A stretch of DNA of 48,720 bases from Serpentinimonas sp. Lineage in GTDB: Bacteria > Pseudomonadota > Gammaproteobacteria > Burkholderiales > Burkholderiaceae_C. The position numbers and the translations under genes are program-made. Numbering within the stretch: position 1 is the first letter of the stretch; each line of letters starts with the position of its first letter. The notes below the pieces were generated by a model, which was not told the DNA's origin, did not search any database, and worked only from the letters and a program-made list of their open reading frames with translations. Of the stretch, positions 39,132-46,504 are shown piece after piece. The stretch covers positions 1 to 48,720 of the forward strand of contig JALOSG010000001.1 in NCBI GenBank assembly GCA_025458665.1, in the 5' to 3' direction.

Positions 39132-40553
39132 TCACTTGTGCGCCAGGTCGAGTTTGTCCACCGTGTCGAACTCGAACTTGATTTCTTTCCACGTCTCCAT
39201 GGCAATGCGCAGTTCGGGCGAGTGCTGGGCGGCCTCGGCCAGCACCGCCTTGCCCTCTTTCTCTACGGCCACGCCTTCGTTGCGGGCCTTCACGCAGGCC
39301 TCCAGCGCCACGCGGTTGGCGGCGGCGCCCGCCGCGTTGCCCCACGGGTGGCCCAGCGTGCCGCCGCCAAACTGCAGCACGGAATCGTCGCCAAAAATGC
39401 TCACCAGCGCGGGCATGTGCCACACATGGATGCCGCCCGATGCCACCGGCATGACGCCCGGCATGGAGCCCCAGTCCTGCTCGAAGAAGATGCCGCGGCT
39501 GCGGTCCTCCTTGATGACACGGTCGCGCATGATGTCGATCCAGCCCAGCGTGGACGCGCGGTCTCCTTCCAGTTTGCCCACCACCGTGCCCGAGTGCAGG
39601 TGGTCCCCGCCCGAGAGGCGCAGCACCTTGGTGAGCACCCGGAAATGGATGCCGTGGTGGGGGTTGCGGTCCAGCACGGCGTGCATGGCGCGGTGTATGT
39701 GCAGCAGCATGCCGTTGTTGCGGCACCAGTTGGCCAGGCCCGTGTTGGCGCAGAGCCCCCCGGTCAGGTAGTCGTGCATGATGATGGGCGCGCCCAGTTC
39801 CTTGGCGTACTCGGCGCGCTGGTACATGTCCTCGGGCGTGGGGGCGGTCACGTTCAGGTAGTGGCCTTTTCTCTCGCCGGTTTCGCGCTCCGCCTTGTGG
39901 ATGGCCTCCATCACGAAATCGAAACGCTGTCGCCAGCGCATGAAGGGCTGGCTGTTCACGTTCTCGTCGTCCTTGGTGAAATCGAGCCCGCCACGCAGGC
40001 ACTCGTACACCGCCCGGCCATAGTTCTTGCCCGACAAACCGAGCTTGGGTTTGATGGTGCAGCCCAGCAGCGGGCGCCCGTATTTGTTCATGATGTCGCG
40101 CTCCACCTGAATGCCGTGCGGCGGGCCGCCACAGGTTTTCACGTAGGCAATAGGGAAGCGCACATCTTCCAGGCGCAGCGCGCGCAGGGCCTTGAAGCCA
40201 AACACGTTGCCCACCAGCGAGGTGAGCACGTTCACCACGGAGCCTTCCTCGAACAGGTCAATGGGGTAGGCCACAAAGGCGTAGAAGCAGGTGTCGTCGC
40301 CGGGCACGTCTTCAATGCGGTAGGCGCGGCCTTTGTAGTAGTCCAGGTCGGTGAGCAGGTCCGTCCAGACGGTGGTCCAGGTGCCGGTGGATGATTCGGC
40401 GGCCACGGCGGCGGCCACTTCCTCGCGGTCCACACCGGGCTGCGGCGTGATCTTGAACACCGCCAGGATGTCGGTGTCCTTCACCGCGTAGTGGGGCTCC
40501 CAGTACATGCTGCGGTACTCTTTCACGCCCGCGTTGTAAGTCTTGACGGCCAT
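39132..40553 (-). CDS. cbbL: RuBisCO large subunit, green-type form IA
   Basis: ORF 39132..40688(-) trimmed to ATG 40553 (RBS GAGGAG). Begins [14 protein letters not shown]. Contains the active site ...[41 protein letters not shown]..., [11 protein letters not shown] and [19 protein letters not shown]. Confidence 0.97.
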   Translation of the reverse strand: MAVKTYNAGVKEYRSMYWEPHYAVKDTDILAVFKITPQPGVDREEVAAAVAAESSTGTWTTVWTDLLTDLDYYKGRAYRIEDVPGDDTCFYAFVAYPIDLFEEGSVVNVLTSLVGNVFGFKALRALRLEDVRFPIAYVKTCGGPPHGIQVERDIMNKYGRPLLGCTIKPKLGLSGKNYGRAVYECLRGGLDFTKDDENVNSQPFMRWRQRFDFVMEAIHKAERETGERKGHYLNVTAPTPEDMYQRAEYAKELGAPIIMHDYLTGGLCANTGLANWCRNNGMLLHIHRAMHAVLDRNPHHGIHFRVLTKVLRLSGGDHLHSGTVVGKLEGDRASTLGWIDIMRDRVIKEDRSRGIFFEQDWGSMPGVMPVASGGIHVWHMPALVSIFGDDSVLQFGGGTLGHPWGNAAGAAANRVALEACVKARNEGVAVEKEGKAVLAEAAQHSPELRIAMETWKEIKFEFDTVDKLDLAHK

Positions 40554-40562
40554 GCTTGCTCC

Positions 40563-40609
<47 letters not shown>

Positions 40610-40689
40610 CAGCGGGGCGGTACGCAGCACGGGGGGTGTGGAACGCGGTGGGGGCCCAACTGCTTTCCATTCTGGGCGGCTGGAACAAT

Positions 40690-40737
40690 TAGGGAAAGTA
40701 GATTGTTATTACCGTAACGGTTTACTAAAATAAAACT
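40690..40737. promoter_or_regulatory. AT-rich cbbR2/cbbL control region with a small palindrome (possible CbbR operator)
   Basis: TTAGGGAAAGTAGATTGTTATTACCGTAACGGTTTACTAAAATAAAACT contains the perfect inverted repeat ACCGT-A-ACGGT (40711-40721). I could not find a clean TNA-N7-TNA match. Confidence 0.35.
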
Positions 40738-41724
40738 ATGAACCTCCGGCACGCCACCCTGCACCAGCTGCGCATATTTCTGGCGGTGGCGCGGCACAGC
40801 AGTTTTGCGCGCGCGGCGGAGGCACTGCACCTGTCACCGCCCACGCTGTCCCTGCAGGTGAAGCAGCTCTCCCAGACGGTGGGGCACGCGCTGTTCGAGC
40901 AGGTGGGCAAGAAGATCTACCTCACGGCGGCCGGGCAGATGCTGGCCGATGCCTGCCAGGACCTGGAAGCCCGCATGGAGCGCCTGGGGCAGGACCTGGC
41001 CGCCCTGAGCGGTGTGCAGCGCGGCAACCTGAAGCTGGCCATCCTGACCACGGTGAAGTACCGGGTTCCCAAGCTGCTGGGGCGTTTCTGTGCAGAACAC
41101 CCGGGTATCGACGTGGCCATGTTCGTCGGCAACCGCGAAATGCTGCTGCAGCGCCTGGGCAGCAACCAGGACGACCTGTACATCATGGGCCAACCGCCCG
41201 AATCGCTCGACGTGATGTGCGAGGACTTTGCCGACAACCCGCTGGTGGTGGTGGCCCCACCCGGCCACCCGCTGGCGGGGCAGAAGAAGATTTCACCGCA
41301 GCGGCTGGTGAACGAACCCTTCATCCTGCGCGAGCCCGGCTCGGGCACCCGGCTCACGGCCGAGCGCTTTTTCAGCAGCCACCACATCACGCTGCGCAAC
41401 CGGCTGGAGGTGGGCAGCAACGAAGCCATCAAGCAGACCGTGGCCGGCGGCCTGGGCCTGGCCGTGCTGTCGGCCACCACCGTGGTGAGTGAACTGGCGC
41501 TGGGCGAACTGGTGCTGCTGGACGTGCAGGGCTTCCCCCTCATACGCCGCTGGCATGTGGTGTACCCGCGCGGCAAGCGGCTTTCCCCGGCAGCGCTGGC
41601 GTTCAAGGCGTGGCTGTTCGAGCACCGCGATGCAGGCCAGCCACCCACGCCTTTGCCCGGCAAAGACGCGAGAACCGCGCGAACCACCAAAGCCGCAAAA
41701 AGCGCCAAGGCCACCAAGCCCTGA
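40738..41724 (+). CDS. cbbR: LysR-family transcriptional regulator CbbR (copy 2) with a Lys/Ala-rich C-terminal tail
   Basis: ORF 40738..41724(+). The HTH is LHQLRIFLAVARHSSFARAAEALHLSPPTLSLQVKQL. It is divergent from cbbLSQO. The tail is ...KDARTARTTKAAKSAKATKP. Confidence 0.88.
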   Translation: MNLRHATLHQLRIFLAVARHSSFARAAEALHLSPPTLSLQVKQLSQTVGHALFEQVGKKIYLTAAGQMLADACQDLEARMERLGQDLAALSGVQRGNLKLAILTTVKYRVPKLLGRFCAEHPGIDVAMFVGNREMLLQRLGSNQDDLYIMGQPPESLDVMCEDFADNPLVVVAPPGHPLAGQKKISPQRLVNEPFILREPGSGTRLTAERFFSSHHITLRNRLEVGSNEAIKQTVAGGLGLAVLSATTVVSELALGELVLLDVQGFPLIRRWHVVYPRGKRLSPAALAFKAWLFEHRDAGQPPTPLPGKDARTARTTKAAKSAKATKP

Positions 41725-41762
41725 ACCCTGCACACTCCTATCCCTGCAACCCCCGAAGCACG

Positions 41763-42638
41763 ATGGCCCACTACCTCATTGGCGATTTGCAAGGCTGCGA
41801 CGAACCGCTGGCCCGCCTGCTGGCCGAACTCGATTTTTCCCCCAGCCGCGACACGCTGTACCTGCTGGGCGACCTGGTGAACCGCGGCCCCGATTCACTG
41901 GCCGTGCTGCGCCGGCTGCAGGCCCTGGGCAGCAGCGCGCACTGCCTGCTGGGCAACCACGACCTGCACCTGCTGGCTGTGGCCCACGGCGTGCGGCCCG
42001 CCCACAAAAGCGACACCGTGGCCCCCCTGCTGGCCGCCCCCGATGCCGCTGCCCTGCTGGACTGGCTGCGCCACCGCCACATGGCGCTTCACGTGCAAGG
42101 CTGGCTGCTGGTGCATGCGGGCGTGCTGCCACAGTGGAGTACCGAACAGGTGCTGGCGCTGGCGCAGGAAGTGGAAGCGCTGCTGCGCGGCCCCGGCCTG
42201 AAAGAGTGGCTGGGTGTGATGTACGGCAACGAGCCCAGCCGCTGGAGCGACAGCCTGCAAGGCCCCGACCGTTGGCGTGTGGTGGTGAACGCGCTCACCC
42301 GCTTGCGCTTTTGCAGCGCCAGCGGAGACATGGAATTCCAGACCAAAGACGCGGCAGGCGAAGCGCCGACGGGCTACCTGCCGTGGTACGCGGTGCCCGG
42401 GCGCCGCACTGCCGATACGCCGGTGGCGTTTGGGCACTGGTCCACGCTGGGCCTCATGCAGGGCCACCACGTGCTGTCATTGGATACCGGCTGTGTGTGG
42501 GGCGGCTGCCTGAGCGCCGCCCGGCTGGATGCGGCCCACCCGGCCACCGCCGCGACCGAAATTATTCAGGTGCGTTGCCCGCAAGCTCAGATGCCTGGGC
42601 AGAAGCCTGGGCAGAAGGCTGGCCAGAAGACCCGCTAG
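41763..42638 (+). CDS. apaH: Bis(5'-nucleosyl)-tetraphosphatase, symmetrical (ApaH)
   Basis: ORF 41610..42638 trimmed to ATG 41763 (MAHYLIGDLQGC). Metallophosphatase motifs are GDLQGC, GDLVNRGPDS and GNHDLHLL. Confidence 0.9.
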   Translation: MAHYLIGDLQGCDEPLARLLAELDFSPSRDTLYLLGDLVNRGPDSLAVLRRLQALGSSAHCLLGNHDLHLLAVAHGVRPAHKSDTVAPLLAAPDAAALLDWLRHRHMALHVQGWLLVHAGVLPQWSTEQVLALAQEVEALLRGPGLKEWLGVMYGNEPSRWSDSLQGPDRWRVVVNALTRLRFCSASGDMEFQTKDAAGEAPTGYLPWYAVPGRRTADTPVAFGHWSTLGLMQGHHVLSLDTGCVWGGCLSAARLDAAHPATAATEIIQVRCPQAQMPGQKPGQKAGQKTR

Positions 42639-44076
42639 CCACTGCAGGTTCGACAGGCTCTGCCGGTGCCACCGCACCGGCCTTGAACAGCGCGGCCACT
42701 TTCTTGCGCGTCTTGATGTAGGGCGACACGCCGCTGCGGGCCGCCGGCTTGGCGCTGGCCTCCCAGTTGGGCTTGGCGTCCTCGGGCAGTGTGGGCTCGT
42801 AGGGCTTCTCGAAAAACGGATCGCTGGGGCGGCTCTGGCGCGGCGGGCTGGCCGGGCGCGGGCGCGGGGCCGGTGCATCGGCCTCTTTCCACACGCGCTG
42901 GCCTTCGTTGAAGCGGCCCGCCGGGCGGCGGTCGGCCTCGGTTTCCAGCGCCTCCACATCCACCTTCTTGCCAATCAGCTTTTCAATATCGGCCAGCAGG
43001 CGCGCGTCGCGGCCCGTCACAAAGGACACCGCCAGCCCCGAAGCGCCCGCGCGCCCGGTGCGGCCAATGCGGTGCACGTAGTCTTCGGCGTTGAAGGGGA
43101 TGTCGAAGTTGAACACCGCCGGCACATCCTTGATATCCAGGCCGCGCGCGGCCACGTCGGTGCACACCAGCAAATCTACCGCGCCGCTCTTGAAGGCTTC
43201 CAGCGCTTTCAGGCGTTCGTCCTGGCTCTTGTCGCCGTGCAGGGCGGTGGTGTTCAGGCCATCGCGCTCCAGGGAACGGGCCAGCCGCGCGCAACCCAGC
43301 TTGCTGTTCACAAACACGAAGGCCTGCTTCACGCCCTTGTCGCGCAATATGGAGCGCACCGCGGCGCGCTTGTCGTCGTCGTCCACGCGGTAGAAGCGCT
43401 GCTCCACCGTGGAGGCGGTGGCGTTGGAACGCGCCACTTCAATGGTCACCGGGTCTTGCAGGTAGCTGTTGGCCAGCCGCTTGATTTCCGGCGAGAACGT
43501 GGCCGAGAACAGCAGCGTGGTGCGGCTCTTGGGCAGGTAGCTCAGGATGCGCTGCAGGTCGGGCAGGAAGCCGATGTCGAGCATGCGGTCGGCCTCGTCC
43601 AACACCACGTACTCCACCTGGTTGAGCACGCAGTTCTTGGCCTCTATGTGGTCCAGCAGGCGGCCGGGCGTGGCCACCAGCACTTCCACGCCGCGCTTCA
43701 GTTCGGCGGTTTGCGGCTTCATGTCCATACCGCCAAACACCACCGCGCTGCGCAGGTTGGTGTACTTGGCGTACAGCTTCACCTGCTCGGCCACCTGGTC
43801 GGCCAGTTCGCGGGTGGGCAGCAGCACCAGGGCGCGCACTGGGTGCCGCGCGGGCGATGTGGAGCTGTTCTCGTGCTTCAGCATGCGCTGCAGCAGCGGC
43901 AGGGAAAACGCGGCGGTTTTGCCGGTGCCAGTCTGCGCGGCGCCCATCACGTCGCGGCCCTGCAGCACCACGGGAATGGCCTGCGCCTGGATGGGGGTCA
44001 TGGTGGCGTAGCCCATTTCGGCTACCGCGCGTGCCAGCGGCTCGGCCAGCTGGAGTTCAGAAAATGCTTGAGTCAT
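42562..44076 (-). CDS. rhlE: ATP-dependent DEAD-box RNA helicase (RhlE-like)
   Basis: ORF 42562..44076(-). Contains the Q motif, AQTGTGKTAAF, VLDEADRMLD, SAT and HRIGRTGRAG, plus a basic low-complexity C-terminal tail. Confidence 0.92.
   Translation of the reverse strand: MTQAFSELQLAEPLARAVAEMGYATMTPIQAQAIPVVLQGRDVMGAAQTGTGKTAAFSLPLLQRMLKHENSSTSPARHPVRALVLLPTRELADQVAEQVKLYAKYTNLRSAVVFGGMDMKPQTAELKRGVEVLVATPGRLLDHIEAKNCVLNQVEYVVLDEADRMLDIGFLPDLQRILSYLPKSRTTLLFSATFSPEIKRLANSYLQDPVTIEVARSNATASTVEQRFYRVDDDDKRAAVRSILRDKGVKQAFVFVNSKLGCARLARSLERDGLNTTALHGDKSQDERLKALEAFKSGAVDLLVCTDVAARGLDIKDVPAVFNFDIPFNAEDYVHRIGRTGRAGASGLAVSFVTGRDARLLADIEKLIGKKVDVEALETEADRRPAGRFNEGQRVWKEADAPAPRPRPASPPRQSRPSDPFFEKPYEPTLPEDAKPNWEASAKPAARSGVSPYIKTRKKVAALFKAGAVAPAEPVEPAVASGSSGQPSAQASAQASELAGNAPE
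42593..42628. repeat. 12-bp tandem repeat x3 inside the apaH/rhlE convergent overlap
   Basis: GCCTGGGCAGAA / GCCTGGGCAGAA / GGCTGGCCAGAA. It encodes PGQKPGQKAGQK in the apaH tail and SAQASAQAS-like residues in the rhlE tail. Confidence 0.9.
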
Positions 44077-44166
44077 GTCCCCTTATTGTCTCATTTTGGG
44101 TTGCTTACCAGAAGAAGCGTGCCTGCCGGGCCCTGACTTGCCTGGGAAGGCCGGCGCGGACGGCAC

Positions 44167-44195
44167 TTTCCTACCCTGGGGCGCCGGGCTATAAT
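44167..44195 (+). promoter_or_regulatory. Possible rpsT promoter
   Basis: A perfect -10 TATAAT lies at 44190-44195, 46 nt upstream of the rpsT ATG. The -35 is only weak (TTTCCT, 17-nt spacer). Confidence 0.4.
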
Positions 44196-44241
44196 GTCGG
44201 GCTTTGCTGGCATCATCCACAAACCCTGAAGGACAACGAAC

Positions 44242-44541
44242 ATGGCAACCAAGCCGAAGAAAAAGAACCCGCGCCTGGCCTCTGGCCGCAAGCGCGCACG
44301 TCAAGACGTGAAACTCAACGCAGCCAACTCCTCGCTGCGCTCCAAATACCGCACCTCGGTCAAGAACGTCGAGAAGGCCGTGCTGGCCGGCGACAAGACC
44401 AAGGCCACCGAACTGTTTGCGAAGATGCAAGGCGTGGTGGACACCATTGCCGACAAGGGCATCTTCCACAAGAACAAGGCCGCTCGCGACAAGAGCCGCC
44501 TGGCCGCCAAGGTGAAAGCCCTGGCAACCGCCGCCGCCTGA
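44242..44541 (+). CDS. rpsT: 30S ribosomal protein S20
   Basis: ORF 44242..44541(+). [47 protein letters not shown]... is a typical S20 sequence. Confidence 0.95.
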   Translation: MATKPKKKNPRLASGRKRARQDVKLNAANSSLRSKYRTSVKNVEKAVLAGDKTKATELFAKMQGVVDTIADKGIFHKNKAARDKSRLAAKVKALATAAA

Positions 44542-44604
44542 TCCGCAAGGATTCAGGCCAGCCCGGAAGCCCCAGTGGCTTCCGCTGTTTGTACCGGGTG
44601 CGCT

Positions 44605-44660
44605 GCCAGCAAATCAACGCCTCGTGAATAAAGAAACCGCCGAAAGGCGGTTTTCTTTTT
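44605..44660 (+). repeat. Left copy of a ~57-bp imperfect direct repeat; contains a rho-independent terminator at 44633-44660
   Basis: GCCAGCAAATCAacgcctcgtGAATAAAGAAACCGCCGAAAGGCGGTTTTCTTTTT. The hairpin is GAAACCGCC-GAAA-GGCGGTTTT followed by a T-run. Compare with 45390-45446. Confidence 0.85.
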
Positions 44661-44860
44661 GGTGCGGCCGCTTGGCCTAGGTCTCTGGTGGTCAGAGGCT
44701 CTTCCAATCGGGCACGAAAGCTCCGTTTGAGCGCCGTCTGGAGGTTTGATCGGCGGGGGCCGGCGCTTGGGTCACAAAATGACTGTTCAGCGCCGCACAC
44801 CTGCCTGCCCTAACCCAAAGGAGTACGGCGGCGAAACAAACACCTAACCGGAACTGCCCT

Positions 44861-45385
44861 ATGGAATTCGAGTTCAAGCTGACCTACAAACTGCCTGCCG
44901 ATCAGGCTGACGCTGACTGGCTCATGACCCGGCCGGCCGAACAGGGCTGCACGGACGCGCTGGTTGGGCTCGGGGTAGCCGGGCAGATAGGTCTGGAATT
45001 TGTTCGCGAAGCCTCCACCGCAGAGGAGGCCATCCTGTCGGCGCTTGAGGATGTGAAGAGAGCACTCCCGCATGCCAAGCTCATTGAAGCCGCGCCGGAC
45101 TTTGTGGGGCTGACCGATGTGGCTGAACTGGTGGGGCTCAGCCGGCAGAACATGCGCAAGCTTTGGCTGAACAACGAGGACGCGTTTCCACCGCCAGTCC
45201 ACGCGGGGGCCTCGTCGGTGTGGCATCTGGCGCAAGTGCTGCAGTTTCTCAACGAGCGGCAATACTCTTTTGCGCAGCAGGTGCTGGAGGTGGCGCGTGT
45301 GACGATGAAGCTGAACATTGCCCGCCAGACATCGATGGTTGGCGATGGCGAGCTGGAAACCATACAGCGCCACCGCGTGTTTTAA
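44861..45385 (+). CDS. Uncharacterised two-domain protein with a C-terminal helix-turn-helix (excisionase/MerR-like HTH)
   Basis: ORF 44861..45385(+), 174 aa. The N-terminal ~80-aa domain is MEFEFKLTYKLPADQADADWL...GLEFVREASTAEEAILSALEDVKRALP. The HTH-like segment is FVGLTDVAELVGLSRQNMRKLW...FPPPVH.G.SSVWHLAQVLQFL. Function is unknown. Confidence 0.6.
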   Translation: MEFEFKLTYKLPADQADADWLMTRPAEQGCTDALVGLGVAGQIGLEFVREASTAEEAILSALEDVKRALPHAKLIEAAPDFVGLTDVAELVGLSRQNMRKLWLNNEDAFPPPVHAGASSVWHLAQVLQFLNERQYSFAQQVLEVARVTMKLNIARQTSMVGDGELETIQRHRVF

Positions 45386-45389
45386 GCAG

Positions 45390-45446
45390 GCAAGCAAATC
45401 AGCTCATAACGAATAAAAAGAAACCGCCGAAAGGCGGTTTCTTTTT
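45390..45446 (+). repeat. Right copy of the direct repeat; contains a bidirectional terminator at 45415-45446
   Basis: GCAAGCAAATCAgctcataacGAATAAAAAGAAACCGCCGAAAGGCGGTTTCTTTTT. It has the same hairpin as the left copy, with A5 on the left and T5 on the right. It starts 5 nt after the stop of the HTH gene. Confidence 0.85.
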
Positions 45447-45513
45447 AGCTGGGTCACCGCTGAATGACGGTGTTGATATCGGATCAGTTGCACCGCAGTA
45501 TCAAAGGCCTCAT
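45447..45513 (-). pseudogene. Possible frameshifted and truncated vapC (PIN toxin) remnant
   Basis: An ATG at 45513 overlaps the vapB-like stop in the classical ATGA arrangement, but that frame stops after 9 codons. The adjacent frame reads AFDTAVQLIRYQHRHSAVTQL, reminiscent of the PIN N-terminus (M..LLDTNV.I). It then runs into the repeat/terminator. Only ~20 codons remain. Confidence 0.3.
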
Positions 45514-45800
45514 CGCTCCGGCGGCTGCTGGGAGACCCGTTCGGGCAAGAAATCATCGCTGACAGGTGCACCACATGCAAAGAAGCCGTCCCATGTCTGG
45601 CAGGCGGGTGCAATCATGCCTTTGGGCGGCTTCAACGCGCCCGCCATATCCAGAATGGATTTGCTCTTGGCGCGCACGATGATGGTCCCATCGGGCGTAA
45701 CCGACCACACCAACCGTGTTCCCAGCTTGGCCTGAACCAGGGCGCGAACTTCAGCGGGGACGGTGGTCCTGCCTTTGGCGGTGACGGTGGATTCGGGCAT
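45510..45800 (-). CDS. AbrB/SpoVT-fold antitoxin, VapB-like (orphan)
   Basis: ORF 45510..45800(-), strong RBS AGGAGG. The N-terminal swapped-hairpin motif is STVTAKGRTTVPAEVRALV. The C-terminal TWDGFF....VSDDFLPER.QQPPER resembles the VapB/MvpA tail (..WDEWF...SADFM.NREQP..QERE, from memory). Confidence 0.65.
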   Translation of the reverse strand: MPESTVTAKGRTTVPAEVRALVQAKLGTRLVWSVTPDGTIIVRAKSKSILDMAGALKPPKGMIAPACQTWDGFFACGAPVSDDFLPERVSQQPPER

Positions 45801-45894
45801 GGCTGCCTCCTGACTGATTCTTCCGCAGTAGGGCAGTGAACCACCGATGACAAGGTGATTGGCTGCCGCTGGTCAGCTCAACCACAACGCTGGC

Positions 45895-46248
45895 TTACCC
45901 CCGCCTAGGCCCATCCGGAATCCAGCAAGCCTCGGCCACCTGCAGGTTGTTGTCGCGCGCAAAGTTCATGACAAAGTCCCAGGCCATGACGTTGTGTTCG
46001 CGGAGCTCGCGGTTCACCACCACGCACTTCACGCCGTTCAGCACTTGTGGAATGCACCAGGGGGAGTAGGTGAGGTGCGCGCCCGGTGTGGCGCCGCCCG
46101 GGCGGAAGGAGCTCATGACGCCGGCCAGCCGTTCGGCCCAGTCGCTGGGGCGAAAGGTCTTGCCATCCTGGGTAATGCCCTGAATGAACACTTCCTTGCT
46201 GGCAGCGCTGGGCTGTGGCGGTCTGGGCGTTGGCGTGGGCACGACCAT
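45895..46248 (-). CDS. DUF3579-like small protein
   Basis: ORF 45895..46248(-), 117 aa. The core is KEVFIQGITQDGKTFRPSDWAERLAGVMSSFRP...YSPWCIP..LNGVKCVVVNRELRE...MAWDFVMNFARDNNLQV. I recall this as a betaproteobacterial DUF3579-type sequence; function is unknown. Confidence 0.6.
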   Translation of the reverse strand: MVVPTPTPRPPQPSAASKEVFIQGITQDGKTFRPSDWAERLAGVMSSFRPGGATPGAHLTYSPWCIPQVLNGVKCVVVNRELREHNVMAWDFVMNFARDNNLQVAEACWIPDGPRRG

Positions 46249-46504
46249 GCGGGTGGTGGTCCTGTTGAAAACGGGGGTTCCGCGCAGCGGGGATGGCCCG
46301 GCGGGAATGCCTTGTGGGTTTACCCTAGTATTCTATCTTATATAAGACTTGCGCCAACCCTTCCTGGGCCCCCGCCCACAGGCTACCCCTGCGCAGCGGT
46401 TGCGCCTAAAATGAAAGTTTGCGGCCTGCCACCCGGTAGGCCGCTAGCTTTTACGGCGGGCCACAACGGTTTTGCCCGCCCGCACCGCCCAAGGACCAGC
46501 CGCC

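Noticed and set aside
42529-44136. 535-aa plus-strand ORF. The minus-strand ORFs 46451..47710 and 47742..48665 are similar cases.
   Set aside because: They are antisense to rhlE, argD and argF respectively. They are rich in Gly/His/Ala/Val/Gln with no motifs, so they are shadow ORFs.
44692-44877. 61-aa minus-strand ORF in the islet.
   Set aside because: It overlaps the start of the HTH gene, has no RBS and has no recognisable features.
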